A stretch of 64,000 nt of DNA from Deinococcales bacterium (GCA_031414595.1 JANNVX010000109.1:22791-86790), one strand, 5' to 3'; positions 30,596-40,147 are shown, counted from the first letter of the stretch. Program-made: numbers and translations. The notes: a model not told the origin generated them from the sequence alone.

Positions 30596-31339
30596 ATGCA
30601 ATTTAATCAGCAAGTGGTTTTGGTCACTGGCGGAGCAAGCGGGATGGGTGCAGCTTGTGTGCGGGCTTTTGCAGCATCTGGGGCAGAAGTCGTGATAATT
30701 GACCGCAATCAGGCACTTGGCGAGGTTGTGGCAGCCCAAACAAATTCTCATCTCGAGCTTGGTGATATTTCTGACTCGAGTTTTTGTGACGCGACTGTGC
30801 AAAAAAGTCTCGAGAAATTTGGTAAAATTGATGTGCTGGTCAATGCAGCCGGAATTATTGTGCGCTCAAACGGCATGGACACCACCGATGAGGCATGGCA
30901 TAAAATCATGAATGTCAATGTTTCTGGGTCATTTTTTATGGCTCGAGCTGCCCTGCGAATCATGAAAGCCCAGCAGCGCGGAGCAATTGTCAATTTTGGC
31001 AGTATTTGGGGCGACTTAGGGGCATCTGGAGTGGCAGCATATTGCGCTAGTAAAGGCGCAATCCATAATTTAACACGGGCATTAGCGCTTGAACACGCCC
31101 AAGATGGCATACGGATTAACGCCGTTTGCCCCGGTGAGGTCAACACCCCAATGCTTCAAGCCGAACGCAATGAAACCGTGAACGAAGCTCTGCTCAAGAA
31201 ATTAGCCCAAACTGTGCCAATGGGCAGATTAGCCGAACCCGAAGAAATTGCTCGAGTAGTCCTATTTTTAGCATCTACCGACGCGAGTTATATGACAGGT
31301 TCGTTGGTGACTGTAGACGCTGGTTTCACAGCACGTTGA
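30596..31339 (+). CDS. Short-chain dehydrogenase/reductase
   Basis: [23 protein letters not shown]. Confidence 0.95.
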   Translation: MQFNQQVVLVTGGASGMGAACVRAFAASGAEVVIIDRNQALGEVVAAQTNSHLELGDISDSSFCDATVQKSLEKFGKIDVLVNAAGIIVRSNGMDTTDEAWHKIMNVNVSGSFFMARAALRIMKAQQRGAIVNFGSIWGDLGASGVAAYCASKGAIHNLTRALALEHAQDGIRINAVCPGEVNTPMLQAERNETVNEALLKKLAQTVPMGRLAEPEEIARVVLFLASTDASYMTGSLVTVDAGFTAR

Positions 31340-31390
31340 CGATGCGACCATCACAGCACGTTGACGATGCGACTTCACAGCACGTTAATG
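31326..31390. repeat. 24-25 bp tandem repeat (~2.5 copies) spanning the SDR stop codon
   Basis: TCACAGCACGTTGACGATGCGAC(CA/T) x2 plus a partial third copy. Confidence 0.92.
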
Positions 31391-31402
31391 TTAATCTGTT
31401 GC

Positions 31403-31873
31403 ATGGACAAGGATTATCAAACATGGGATGGAATTGCCGATCAGGTCAGTATCTTAGCCACAAAACTCAAAGATGAAAAATTTGACCTGATGATGGTGAT
31501 TACTCGCGGCGGCATGATTCCGGGGTCTATTCTTGGGTATCGGCTTGGAATTCGCAACATTGTGGTGGCAGCCGTCGAATTTTACGATGACCGCACAGGC
31601 TTACGAGCCGTTCAACCGACCTTTTTGCAGTTTCCAGCCGACCCAATTTTAACGGGTAAACGGGTCTTAATTGTGGATGAAGTTTGGGATTCTGGACGCA
31701 CCATTCAGGCTGTGGCAACAAGGGTTCATCAGGCTGGAGGCACACCGATTACGGCGGTACTGCATTACAAACCACGCATGTCTGAAACAGCTTTAGAACC
31801 CGATTATTATGTGTTAGCAACCAACGCTTGGATTGTCTATCCGTGGTCTAAACACGATAAACTCGATGCCTAG
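31403..31873 (+). CDS. Purine phosphoribosyltransferase (Gpt-like)
   Basis: ITRGGMIP, VLIVDEVWDSGRT (PRPP loop), WIVYPW. Confidence 0.88.
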   Translation: MDKDYQTWDGIADQVSILATKLKDEKFDLMMVITRGGMIPGSILGYRLGIRNIVVAAVEFYDDRTGLRAVQPTFLQFPADPILTGKRVLIVDEVWDSGRTIQAVATRVHQAGGTPITAVLHYKPRMSETALEPDYYVLATNAWIVYPWSKHDKLDA

Positions 31874-31924
31874 TCCTCACTCTAAAAGCATCTGATTCCC
31901 ATTAAAGATAGGAAAAATAAACCA

Positions 31925-32920
31925 ATGTCAGACTTAACCACATGGACAGCCTTTACTCGGAGCAGTTTAATCAATGCCAAGTTAAATGGCGTGACCCTCG
32001 AGAACACACAAAATCTTCTGGTCACAGGGACAGGTTCACTCGAGACACAGCCTTTGGAACGTCCTTTTAAGCGTTGTATTGTTTCTTGGAATGCGCTTAC
32101 CCCAAATGGTTCTGGTCTTTTAATCGAGGTTCGGGTGCGTTTTGGTTCGCGTTGGTCAAGGTATTTACGGCTTGCCCAATGGAGCGCTAATCCGCTTAAC
32201 AACACCTCTTTTGATGATGCCGACGAGGAAGTTTTTCTCGAGACCGACACGATTATTTGTAAATCCCAAGCCGATGCAGTGCAAATCCGTGTGAGGCAAG
32301 ACGGACAAGCCCAATTGACAGGATTAGCCGCGACTTTCTCGAGCGACGAAGATGTGGTTTTGCCGTTGCCATCAGTTGTATCTCAGGAAATCGAATTAGA
32401 CGTGCCAATGCGCTCACAAATGATTTACCCAAAAGGTGGACGGGTCTGGTGCAGTCCGACCAGCACAACGATGTTGCTTGAGTATTGGAGCAACAAACTG
32501 GGCTTAAACCTAGCCGAATCTGTACCAGAAACCGCAAAAGCCGTCTGGGATGTCAAGTATAACGGGGCTGGCAATTGGGCGTTTAACATGGCATATGTGG
32601 GTAGCAAGGGTTTGCAGGGCTTTATTTCGCACCTGAGCAGTTTTAGCGAAGCCCAAGACTATTTGGCTCGAGGCGTGCCGATTGCCCTGTCTATTGGCTG
32701 GAAAGAAGGCGAATTACAAGGCGCTCCAATTGGGCATTCGGGGGGGCATTTGGTGGTGCTGCGCGGTTTTACCAAAAATGGCGACCCAATTGTCAATGAC
32801 CCAGCTTACCCAAGCGACGAAACAGTCCGAGTCATTTACAAGCGTTCCGAACTCGAGCGGGCTTGGCTTGGGCATAGTGGCGGAATTGTGTACATTGTCC
32901 AGCCAAACGCATATACTTAA
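31925..32920 (+). CDS. Peptidase C39-like family protein
   Basis: SQM..WCSPTS, GHLVVLRGF, VNDPA (Cys-His-Asp). Confidence 0.82.
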   Translation: MSDLTTWTAFTRSSLINAKLNGVTLENTQNLLVTGTGSLETQPLERPFKRCIVSWNALTPNGSGLLIEVRVRFGSRWSRYLRLAQWSANPLNNTSFDDADEEVFLETDTIICKSQADAVQIRVRQDGQAQLTGLAATFSSDEDVVLPLPSVVSQEIELDVPMRSQMIYPKGGRVWCSPTSTTMLLEYWSNKLGLNLAESVPETAKAVWDVKYNGAGNWAFNMAYVGSKGLQGFISHLSSFSEAQDYLARGVPIALSIGWKEGELQGAPIGHSGGHLVVLRGFTKNGDPIVNDPAYPSDETVRVIYKRSELERAWLGHSGGIVYIVQPNAYT

Positions 32921-32924
32921 ATTG

Positions 32925-33248
32925 ATGATAGAACCTCTCAATTCACCACTCGAGCAGATTAAAGCCCTTGGTCATGATTTGCGCTTTGAACTCGTTTCGA
33001 TTTTGGCTGAGCGCGAGCATTGTGTCTGTGAACTCGAGGTGTTGCTTTCGCTATCTCAAAGTAAAGTTTCGTATCATTTGGCGGCTTTACGAGATGTTGG
33101 CTTGGTCTCGAGTGAACAGCGTGGTAAAAATGTTTTTTATCGTCTCGAGCGCGAAGTGCTGTATTTACTTGGTGGGCGTTTATTGGAAACATTACTTAAA
33201 CCCCGACCTGACACAGCCCTGACATATCAAACAGAATTGATATGTTAA
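32925..33248 (+). CDS. arsR: ArsR/SmtB family transcriptional repressor
   Basis: KALGHDLR, EHCVCEL, SQSKVSYHL..LRDVGLV; heads the ars operon. Confidence 0.88.
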   Translation: MIEPLNSPLEQIKALGHDLRFELVSILAEREHCVCELEVLLSLSQSKVSYHLAALRDVGLVSSEQRGKNVFYRLEREVLYLLGGRLLETLLKPRPDTALTYQTELIC

Positions 33249-33258
33249 TCTTTTTGGG

Positions 33259-33714
33259 ATGCGATTTCTAATCCTTTGTACCCACAACAGCGCTCGAAGC
33301 CAAATGGCAGAAGGTTGGGCGCGTTTTTATGCCAATCATCTTGGTCTCGAGTGTCAAATTTTTAGCGCTGGCACCCAAAGCACCTTTGTTAAACCCGACG
33401 CGATTAAAACCATGCAAGACGTTGGTATTGACCTGACTTCTCACTCGAGCAAAACTTTATTTGACCTACCCGACCCGTGGAGTTTTGACTATGTAATTAC
33501 GGTTTGTGATAGTGCCGCAGAAAATTGCCCAGTCTACCCCGCCAAAACCACACGCTTGCACTACCCGTTCAGAGACCCAAGTGGGGCTTCACTCGAGACT
33601 TGGGCGGTGGTTCGTGACCAAATTGGCACAAAAATGAATGCCTTTATATCGGCTCTAAAAGACAATCTAACCACCCCGCCAAATTATGAAGAAACTCCGA
33701 GTACCACACTATGA
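33259..33714 (+). CDS. arsC: Arsenate reductase (LMW-PTP fold)
   Basis: CTHNSARSQMAE, ITVCDSAAENCP, FRDP. Confidence 0.9.
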   Translation: MRFLILCTHNSARSQMAEGWARFYANHLGLECQIFSAGTQSTFVKPDAIKTMQDVGIDLTSHSSKTLFDLPDPWSFDYVITVCDSAAENCPVYPAKTTRLHYPFRDPSGASLETWAVVRDQIGTKMNAFISALKDNLTTPPNYEETPSTTL

Positions 33715-34364
33715 TTCGGCGTTTAATGGCTGAATTTATCGGCACACTGGCAATAGTCTACTGTGGTGTTGGTGCGATTGCCTTAACCCAAACTGGTTTA
33801 TTAAACGGTGGACTGCTGGCAATTGCTGTGGGTCATGGTTTTGCCGTGATGGTCATGATTTACGCGGTTGGGAATGTATCTGGCGCACATTTTAACCCTG
33901 CGATTACCATTGCTTTAAGTCTCACCAAACGATTTTCTTGGACAGAAGCCCTGCCCTACATTGGCGCACAATTACTTGGCAGCCTGAGCGCGGTCAGCAT
34001 CTTGACTTTAACCCATGGAGCAGCCCTCGAGAAAGTACAGTACGGAGCGACTTTACTTGCCCCAAATGTTTCACCAATAGCAGGGTTTATCGTTGAATTA
34101 CTGCTGACTTTTTTCTTGGCTTTTATTATTTTTCGTGTTGCAGTGCTAAAAAACAATCCTGCGGCTGGCGCAATCATTGGTGCAACTGTAATGATGTGTA
34201 TTGTGGCAGCCGGACCCTTAACTGGTGTGGCGCTCAATCCCGCTCGGGCTTTTGGACCCGCTATTTTTGGCAATTGGTCAGACCATTGGATAATGTGGGC
34301 AGCCCCAATCCTTGGGGCTGCTCTTGGTGCTTTTACGGCAGAAGCCCTCGAGACAAAGGCGTGA
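33711..34364 (+). CDS. MIP family aquaporin/aquaglyceroporin (probable arsenite channel)
   Basis: SGAHFNPA and LNPARAFGP (two NPA motifs); located between two arsC genes. Confidence 0.92.
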   Translation: MIRRLMAEFIGTLAIVYCGVGAIALTQTGLLNGGLLAIAVGHGFAVMVMIYAVGNVSGAHFNPAITIALSLTKRFSWTEALPYIGAQLLGSLSAVSILTLTHGAALEKVQYGATLLAPNVSPIAGFIVELLLTFFLAFIIFRVAVLKNNPAAGAIIGATVMMCIVAAGPLTGVALNPARAFGPAIFGNWSDHWIMWAAPILGAALGAFTAEALETKA

Positions 34365-34395
34365 ACGACCCTCGTAGGTCAAAGGAAGTGAAAAC

Positions 34396-34824
34396 ATGAA
34401 AAAACCGTCAGTCCTGTTTTTATGCACTGGCAACACGGCTCGTAGCCAAATGGCAGATGCTTTACTGCGCTACCATGCCCCAGATGAATTTGCTGTGACC
34501 AGTGCTGGACTCGAGCCGGGAGTCTTAAACCCGTACACTGTGCGGGTACTCGAGGAAATGGGAATTAGCACCGAAGGGATGTTTGCCAAAGGTGTGATTC
34601 CAATGCTTGGGCATCATCACTTTAATTACATCATTACCGTTTGCTCGAGAGCCGAAGCCAATTGCCCGATTTTTCCGGGTGTTTCGTACCGTTTATCGTG
34701 GGCATTTGAAGACCCTGCCGCGTTTGTGGGCAGTGACGAAGACACGATGACCAAATTTAGGGAAATTCGTGATGCAATTTCCACCAGAATTCTCGAGTGG
34801 AAAGCGAGTGGTTACAAAGTTTAG
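34396..34824 (+). CDS. arsC: Arsenate reductase (LMW-PTP fold), second copy
   Basis: CTGNTARSQMA, ITVCSRAEANCP, FEDPA. Confidence 0.9.
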   Translation: MKKPSVLFLCTGNTARSQMADALLRYHAPDEFAVTSAGLEPGVLNPYTVRVLEEMGISTEGMFAKGVIPMLGHHHFNYIITVCSRAEANCPIFPGVSYRLSWAFEDPAAFVGSDEDTMTKFREIRDAISTRILEWKASGYKV

Positions 34825-35411
34825 TCCTTAAACAAATCTTTTAAGGCAGCAAACGGGTTCTCGCGCTTATCTGCTCGCTCACCAAACACAGGGCAATCGG
34901 CTCGAGTTTGGTTACAGGAAGTGGTGCGGTTCAGATTTGCGCCGCACTGGGCGCATAAGCCTTTGCATTTGGATTTACATTTGACCATCGCGGGAATCTC
35001 TAAGCTCAGGGCTTCGGCAAAAAGCGCCGTTAAATCTATCATCGGATTACCAAAAACAATCACTTCTTCGTCATTGTCCACCAACCTTGTTGGTGCTTCG
35101 ATTTTAGAATCAAAACGCAACAAGCTCTCCAAGCGAGCCTCGAGGTCATACGATACAGGGTCTAAACAACGCCCACAATCAAGGTTTAAGGTAGCCCGAA
35201 TTGTCCCAGCCAGCCAGTATTCGTTGTCGCCAACATGCGAAGCAATGGCTCGCCAGTCTGCAGAACCAAGCAAGGGAATAACATTGGTCTGGAGTCCGTG
35301 GGTGGTTGGTACAGTGTACTCGAGCAGACTGGTTTCACCTTCGCTAGAAACATCAGAGCCACCACGAAGAATTTTTGTTAAATCTAAATTAGGTACTTCA
35401 TTCACAATCAC
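34821..35411 (-). CDS. YceD/DUF177 family protein
   Basis: CGRCL, CKSKCKGLCAQCGANLN, NPFAALKDL. Confidence 0.9.
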   Translation of the reverse strand: MIVNEVPNLDLTKILRGGSDVSSEGETSLLEYTVPTTHGLQTNVIPLLGSADWRAIASHVGDNEYWLAGTIRATLNLDCGRCLDPVSYDLEARLESLLRFDSKIEAPTRLVDNDEEVIVFGNPMIDLTALFAEALSLEIPAMVKCKSKCKGLCAQCGANLNRTTSCNQTRADCPVFGERADKRENPFAALKDLFKD

Positions 35412-35682
35412 AGTCTACACGAGTTTGCACGGCTCGAGATACGCAAAATGGCGAGTAAGTTTTATCTAACCTTATACAAAATTGCTTGGTTTAGTATTTT
35501 GAATCGCATTTCAATAGGTTCGCATGTATAAATTTAATCGTAGCCATTTTGACTGTGCCTACCAAGTCTCAAGGATTAGGATTCTAAGGGTCCAGAGGGT
35601 ATGACTTTAGTCGATTAAACCTTAAAAAAAGGTTTGGTCTACTCGGTTCTCACCTGTGGTCTCTTATTGTCGAAGGAGACAT

Positions 35683-36534
35683 ATGAAGAAAATAATTCCA
35701 TTCGTCGTCGGCACTTTATTTATCGGTGGTGCGGCACTTGCTGCCCCTTTGGAACTCAGTTCAGGTGAATTCGGTTTGGTGTATCAATTGCTTTCTATCG
35801 CTATTGCATCCATGGGTGCATCATTCATTTTCTTTGTCTTGGGTAAGCAAAACCTAGGTATAAAATACCAACCTGCCATGCTGGTTTCGGCATTGGTCGT
35901 GGCGGTGGCTTGTTACCATTACGTGCGTATTTTTGATTCTTGGAAAGAAGCCTACGTGTTTGCTGATGGGGTTTACAAAGCCACTGGTATTCCTTTCAAC
36001 GATGCTTATCGTTACGCCGATTGGGTCTTGACCGTACCACTCTTATTGGTCGAAGCTGTGGCAGTATTAGCACTGGCAAGTAGTGTTGCCTCGGGCATGA
36101 TTTGGCGATTGGTTGTGGCTGCCTTAGCAATGATTGCACTGGGTTATCCAGGCGAAATCTCGAGTGATACTGGCACACGTTTACTCTGGGGTACACTCAG
36201 CACCATTCCATTTTTGTACATTATCTATACCTTGTTTGTCGAGCTTGGCAAGTCCTTAGCAACCCAACCACCTCGAGTTCAACTTCTGATGGGCAACTTG
36301 CGGTTATTGCTGTTCGGGTCATGGGGTTTCTATCCAATCGCCTATTTGCTTCCCTTGATATTTGGTAGCTTATCTTCTAGCGGAATTGTAGCGCTGCAAG
36401 TAGGGTATAGCCTTGCCGACATTATTGCCAAAGCAGGTTTCGGTACACTAATTTACTTTATCGCCCTCGAGAAAACCAAAGTAGACAACGAGAATAAGGC
36501 AAAAGTAGGCAATCTCGCAACGGCAGGAGACTAA
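35683..36534 (+). CDS. Microbial rhodopsin, xanthorhodopsin/Gloeobacter-type DTE proton pump
   Basis: YRYADWVLTVPLLLVE (D-T-E), LGYPGE, WGFYPIAY, DIIAK retinal lysine; ATG at 35683 after AAGGAG. Confidence 0.93.
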   Translation: MKKIIPFVVGTLFIGGAALAAPLELSSGEFGLVYQLLSIAIASMGASFIFFVLGKQNLGIKYQPAMLVSALVVAVACYHYVRIFDSWKEAYVFADGVYKATGIPFNDAYRYADWVLTVPLLLVEAVAVLALASSVASGMIWRLVVAALAMIALGYPGEISSDTGTRLLWGTLSTIPFLYIIYTLFVELGKSLATQPPRVQLLMGNLRLLLFGSWGFYPIAYLLPLIFGSLSSSGIVALQVGYSLADIIAKAGFGTLIYFIALEKTKVDNENKAKVGNLATAGD

Positions 36535-36536
36535 TC

Positions 36537-36743
36537 ATGAGCCGTGTTGCTACGCGCCAATATGTGGTTCAGCATCAAAGTCCAATTGGTTTTCTGCTAG
36601 GCGCTTTGGTTTTTTTAACAATAGCTTTTGATTATTTTTTTGGCTTTGGTGGAGTCAACCTAATTGGCTTGCGCTTGGTGTACTTTGTTTTGATGTCATC
36701 ATTAGTTGGGTACGTTTACATCGTTAGTACCCAAGAAAAGTAG
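36537..36743 (+). CDS. Small two-TM membrane protein directly downstream of the rhodopsin
   Basis: AGGAG RBS overlapping the rhodopsin 3' end, ATG 3 nt after its stop, two hydrophobic segments. Confidence 0.65.
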   Translation: MSRVATRQYVVQHQSPIGFLLGALVFLTIAFDYFFGFGGVNLIGLRLVYFVLMSSLVGYVYIVSTQEK

Positions 36744-36753
36744 TGCCAAGAAG

Positions 36754-36787
36754 AAGCCGATGCAAGACATATGTCTTGCATCGGCTT
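36754..36787. terminator. Perfect 34-bp palindrome between convergent genes (terminator or REP-like)
   Basis: AAGCCGATGCAAGACAT|ATGTCTTGCATCGGCTT. Confidence 0.7.
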
Positions 36788-36795
36788 AATCGTTG

Positions 36796-37725
36796 TTACT
36801 TAATAAACCCTTTGCTTTTTAAGTACGCCTTGGCGACCTCGAGTGGGGGTTTGCCGTCTACATCTATTTGCCGGTTAAGGTTTTGCAACACAGGCAAGGT
36901 CAAGCCCTTAAAGACTGGGTTTAGCAGTCCAGCGATTTCTGGGTATTGCTTCAAAAGTGCGCCACGAATGGTTGGGGCGGGTTGGTAAACAGGTTGTGCG
37001 CCTTTGGGGTCGGTCATGGCGATTAAACCCAAAGCATCGAGTGTGCCATCTGTACCGTATGCCATAGCCGCATTTGCGCCGCCCGTGCCTTGAGCAACGG
37101 CTTGTTGGGTTTGGGCTGGGGTGGCATTGGCAAGCGTGATTTTTTGGTCGGGTTTTAGCTTAAAACCGTAAACCTTTTCAAAACTAGGCAGGGCATCGTC
37201 GCGTTCAAAGAATTCTTGGCTGGCAACCAGTTTAACTGCGCCACCGCCATTGACGTATTTCGAGAAATCAATCAGCGACTTAATTTTTTCTTTATTCGCC
37301 AGCCCACTCGGAATCGCAATCGCAAAGGTGTTATTGGCTGGGGCGCGTTCGAGCCAGATGATGTTGTTTAAGCGTTGGTCAAAGATTTTAACCGCAGCAT
37401 ACGAACGGCTGGCATTCTGAGCAGTATCGGCGGCGATTTTTTGTCCCTTAAAGAAATTGCCAATTGCGCTACCCGTGTATTCTGGGTAGACATCAATCGC
37501 GTTCTCGAGAAGGGCTTTACGGGTCACAAAAGTATTGCCCGTGGGAATTTGGCGTTTGACTTGAAAACCGGAATTCTCGAGGACAAGGCTAATCATTTGC
37601 CCAAGCACTTGCCCTTCGCTGTCGAGTTTACTGCCGACTGTAACCTGTCCTTTTTGGGCTAAGGCAAGGCTAACCAATGCCAATGCCATCAGTGCGCCGA
37701 AGGCTTGTAACCGTTGTTTTTTCAT
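36796..37725 (-). CDS. Osmoprotectant (glycine betaine) ABC transporter substrate-binding protein (OsmF/OpuAC family)
   Basis: VGSKLDSEG, YPEYTG, APANNTFAIA, EFFER, YGTDG, QPVYQPAP. Confidence 0.92.
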   Translation of the reverse strand: MKKQRLQAFGALMALALVSLALAQKGQVTVGSKLDSEGQVLGQMISLVLENSGFQVKRQIPTGNTFVTRKALLENAIDVYPEYTGSAIGNFFKGQKIAADTAQNASRSYAAVKIFDQRLNNIIWLERAPANNTFAIAIPSGLANKEKIKSLIDFSKYVNGGGAVKLVASQEFFERDDALPSFEKVYGFKLKPDQKITLANATPAQTQQAVAQGTGGANAAMAYGTDGTLDALGLIAMTDPKGAQPVYQPAPTIRGALLKQYPEIAGLLNPVFKGLTLPVLQNLNRQIDVDGKPPLEVAKAYLKSKGFIK

Positions 37726-37795
37726 GATTTTTCTCCTTAAAATAAGTACGCATTAGCTTACTTGAAAGGTTCAATCAGTTTGTGTTCTGCAAGTG

Positions 37796-37845
37796 ACAAA
37801 AGGCAAAAGGCGAAAGGTAAAAGTCTTCCTCTTTCCTCCTTCATC
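37796..37845. repeat. Purine/pyrimidine heptamer-repeat element
   Basis: AAAGGCA AAAGGCG AAAGGTA ... CTTCCTC TTTCCTC CTTCATC; approximately the reverse complement of 50213-50268. Confidence 0.7.
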
Positions 37846-37868
37846 AGCTTTTAGCGTAGACTCGAGCG

Positions 37869-38375
37869 GTGATTGTCATGGGCATAGACCCCGGATTAGC
37901 CAACCTTGGGATTGGGATTGTGCGTGAGGACGGCAAAACGCCAGTCTACTTGCACAGCGAACTTGTACGCACCTCGAGCAGCGCCACTGCCCCGAACCGC
38001 TTGGCGTTTATTTACAAGGCAGTGAAATTGCAGCTTGAATTGCACCAACCCGAAGCTCTGGCGCTCGAGGGACAGTTTTTTCAAGCCCAACACGCCATGA
38101 CTGCTTTTAAGGTCGGTGAAGCGGTGGGGGTGGTGCTGCTGGCTTGTGCTGAACTGGGTGTACCAGTCTTTGAATACAGCCCTAAAGCCGTTAAACTAGC
38201 GTTGGTAGGCACGGGTAACGCCAGCAAAGACCAAATTATTTTTATGGTTCGAGCCACTTTACAGCTTCGTGAAAATCCCAACTCGAGCCACAGCGCTGAT
38301 GCTTTGGCATTGGCTTTAACCCATCTTGCCTCGCGGCGGGTCAAACAATTTGCTGGAGTCTCGAGGATGATTTAA
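37869..38375 (+). CDS. ruvC: Holliday junction resolvase RuvC
   Basis: GIDPGLANLG, ALEGQFF, EYSPKAVK..VGTGNASKDQI, HSADALALA. Confidence 0.96.
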   Translation: MIVMGIDPGLANLGIGIVREDGKTPVYLHSELVRTSSSATAPNRLAFIYKAVKLQLELHQPEALALEGQFFQAQHAMTAFKVGEAVGVVLLACAELGVPVFEYSPKAVKLALVGTGNASKDQIIFMVRATLQLRENPNSSHSADALALALTHLASRRVKQFAGVSRMI

Positions 38376-38471
38376 TTTTTGATTCATCTTGTCCCCACAT
38401 TTGTAGGCTTGTCTTGGTGCTACAATCCGCTTTAGATGCTAAATCATACTCTCAAACTCTAGGTGGTAAAA

Positions 38472-39623
38472 ATGACAACCATGCCCGCCAATGCCGCCCC
38501 AAAAGCCTCCAACCGAGGTCTTTGGCTCGTCTCCCCAGCCTACGACCTGACCCTGATTATCTTCTCGAGTGTACTGCTGGTGCTGCCTCATATTGGTTCT
38601 TTGCTGGCAGGGCAGTACAAATTTGATGGTGCGTTTACGCCAAATGTGGTGATTGATTTGGTGGTGACAGCCCTGATTGGTGGTCCGCACTTATTTGCCA
38701 CCTACACCATGACTTTTATGGAACCGCGTTTTACCCAGCGTTACAAAAAATACACTTGGGGGGCGCTTTTAATGCCCGTTTTTGTGATTACTTTGGCACT
38801 GTGGAATTTAACGCTTTTGGTTAGTTTGTTTTTCTTTTGGGCAAGCGCTCATATCATCCATCAAGCCGCTTATATTGCCGATTCCTACCGTTTCAAAGAC
38901 CCGCGTTTTGAAATTTTTAAGCACCTGAAACGCGCTCAGGTCATCTCGAGAATTATAGATTACGGGCTTTTAATGACCTGCTTGTACCCAATTGCAACCT
39001 TTCGGATTACGGGTACACCACTTGTTCTTAACGGGCAGAACGTGTCTTTGCCGTTTGAAACCGGCGGACGGGCATTATTGTTTCCAGAATTCCTCAAAAG
39101 TCCGTGGGTGGCTTATGCTGCCAGTGCTGCCTTTGCGGTTTTTTTGGTGGCTTTTATTGTTAAAACCATTTGGGAATTGCGGGTTGGACTGTTTCATGGT
39201 CCTAAAACTTTACACATGAGTGTGGCGGCGGTGTTGTTTTTCCTGACTCCATTTTTAGCCAATTTAGATGTGGCATTCCAAGGCTTAAATGTCTGGCATT
39301 CTTTCCAATACTTAGCCGTGGTGTTGTACTTAAACCGTGTGCGTGCCGAACGAGGTTTAATCGGCTCTGAGTTTGTGGCAAAAGTCTCCAAAAGCGGACG
39401 CAGTTTATACTGGCTGTGTTTTTTATTCACCCTTGGGGCTGGCGTGGCTTACGTGCTGGTACGGGTAATTTTGCATTTTACAGGTGCGTTTGGGGCAGAC
39501 TTAGCGCAACAACATTACTTTGCATTTTACAGTGTGGTTTTAAGTGCGCTTTTAATTCATTATTACTTTGATCATTTCTTGTTTTTACAAGTTGATGATG
39601 TGATTACTCCAAAATGGACATGA
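38472..39623 (+). CDS. Multi-pass membrane protein with four His-containing motifs, function unknown
   Basis: About 9-10 hydrophobic segments; GGPH, SAHIIHQ, WHSFQY, HYYFDH. Confidence 0.8.
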   Translation: MTTMPANAAPKASNRGLWLVSPAYDLTLIIFSSVLLVLPHIGSLLAGQYKFDGAFTPNVVIDLVVTALIGGPHLFATYTMTFMEPRFTQRYKKYTWGALLMPVFVITLALWNLTLLVSLFFFWASAHIIHQAAYIADSYRFKDPRFEIFKHLKRAQVISRIIDYGLLMTCLYPIATFRITGTPLVLNGQNVSLPFETGGRALLFPEFLKSPWVAYAASAAFAVFLVAFIVKTIWELRVGLFHGPKTLHMSVAAVLFFLTPFLANLDVAFQGLNVWHSFQYLAVVLYLNRVRAERGLIGSEFVAKVSKSGRSLYWLCFLFTLGAGVAYVLVRVILHFTGAFGADLAQQHYFAFYSVVLSALLIHYYFDHFLFLQVDDVITPKWT

Positions 39624-40147
39624 TGCAAGAAGAATTCCTCAAAAGCAGCCGCAAATTCTTTTTGTACTACAAAGAATTAGGCGAGAAAGCCATGCTTCAA
39701 CTCGAGGAGGCACAACTTTTTCTCACACCAAGCGCTGGCAGCAACAGCATTGCCGTGATTGTGCAGCACATGGCGGGCAATATGCACTCGAGATGGACTG
39801 GTTTTCCAGACACAGACGGTGAAAGTGCCAGCCGCAACCGTGATGCCGAATTTGAACTGCATTTAGACACTCGAGAAGAACTGCACAAGACTTGGGAATC
39901 TGGTTGGGCAGTTGTTTTTGCGGCACTCGAGCGGATAGATGATGTGCTGAAAACTGTCACGATTCGCGGTCAACAAATCACGGTTCTCGAGGCAATACAA
40001 CGCCAAGTTGCCCATTACGCGCATCATGCTGGACAAATTGTATTCTCGGCAAAAATCATGCGCGGACAAGAATTTATCAGCCTGAGTGTTCCGCGTGGCG
40101 GTTCGGCGGCTTTTAATGCCGCCATGCTCGAGAAAACCAAGCCTTGA
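39614..40147 (+). CDS. DinB-superfamily DUF1572 protein
   Basis: NSIAVIVQHMAGNMHSRWT, RNRDAEF, RQVAHYAHHAGQI. Confidence 0.88.
   Translation: MDMMQEEFLKSSRKFFLYYKELGEKAMLQLEEAQLFLTPSAGSNSIAVIVQHMAGNMHSRWTGFPDTDGESASRNRDAEFELHLDTREELHKTWESGWAVVFAALERIDDVLKTVTIRGQQITVLEAIQRQVAHYAHHAGQIVFSAKIMRGQEFISLSVPRGGSAAFNAAMLEKTKP

Noticed and set aside
31326-31390. Possible mini CRISPR array
   Set aside because: Units are directly adjacent with no unique spacers, and there are no cas genes in the window.
35455-35645. Possible CarH/LitR operator or riboswitch upstream of the rhodopsin
   Set aside because: Only weak TATACA-like and AAACCTT/AAGGTTT repeats; no recognisable Rfam-type motif.
37785-37801. 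RDRM (DdrO-box)-like 17-mer TTCTGCAAGTGACAAAA upstream of ruvC
   Set aside because: Two mismatches to the degenerate consensus as I recall it, and it overlaps a low-complexity repeat; not supportable without a PWM scan.
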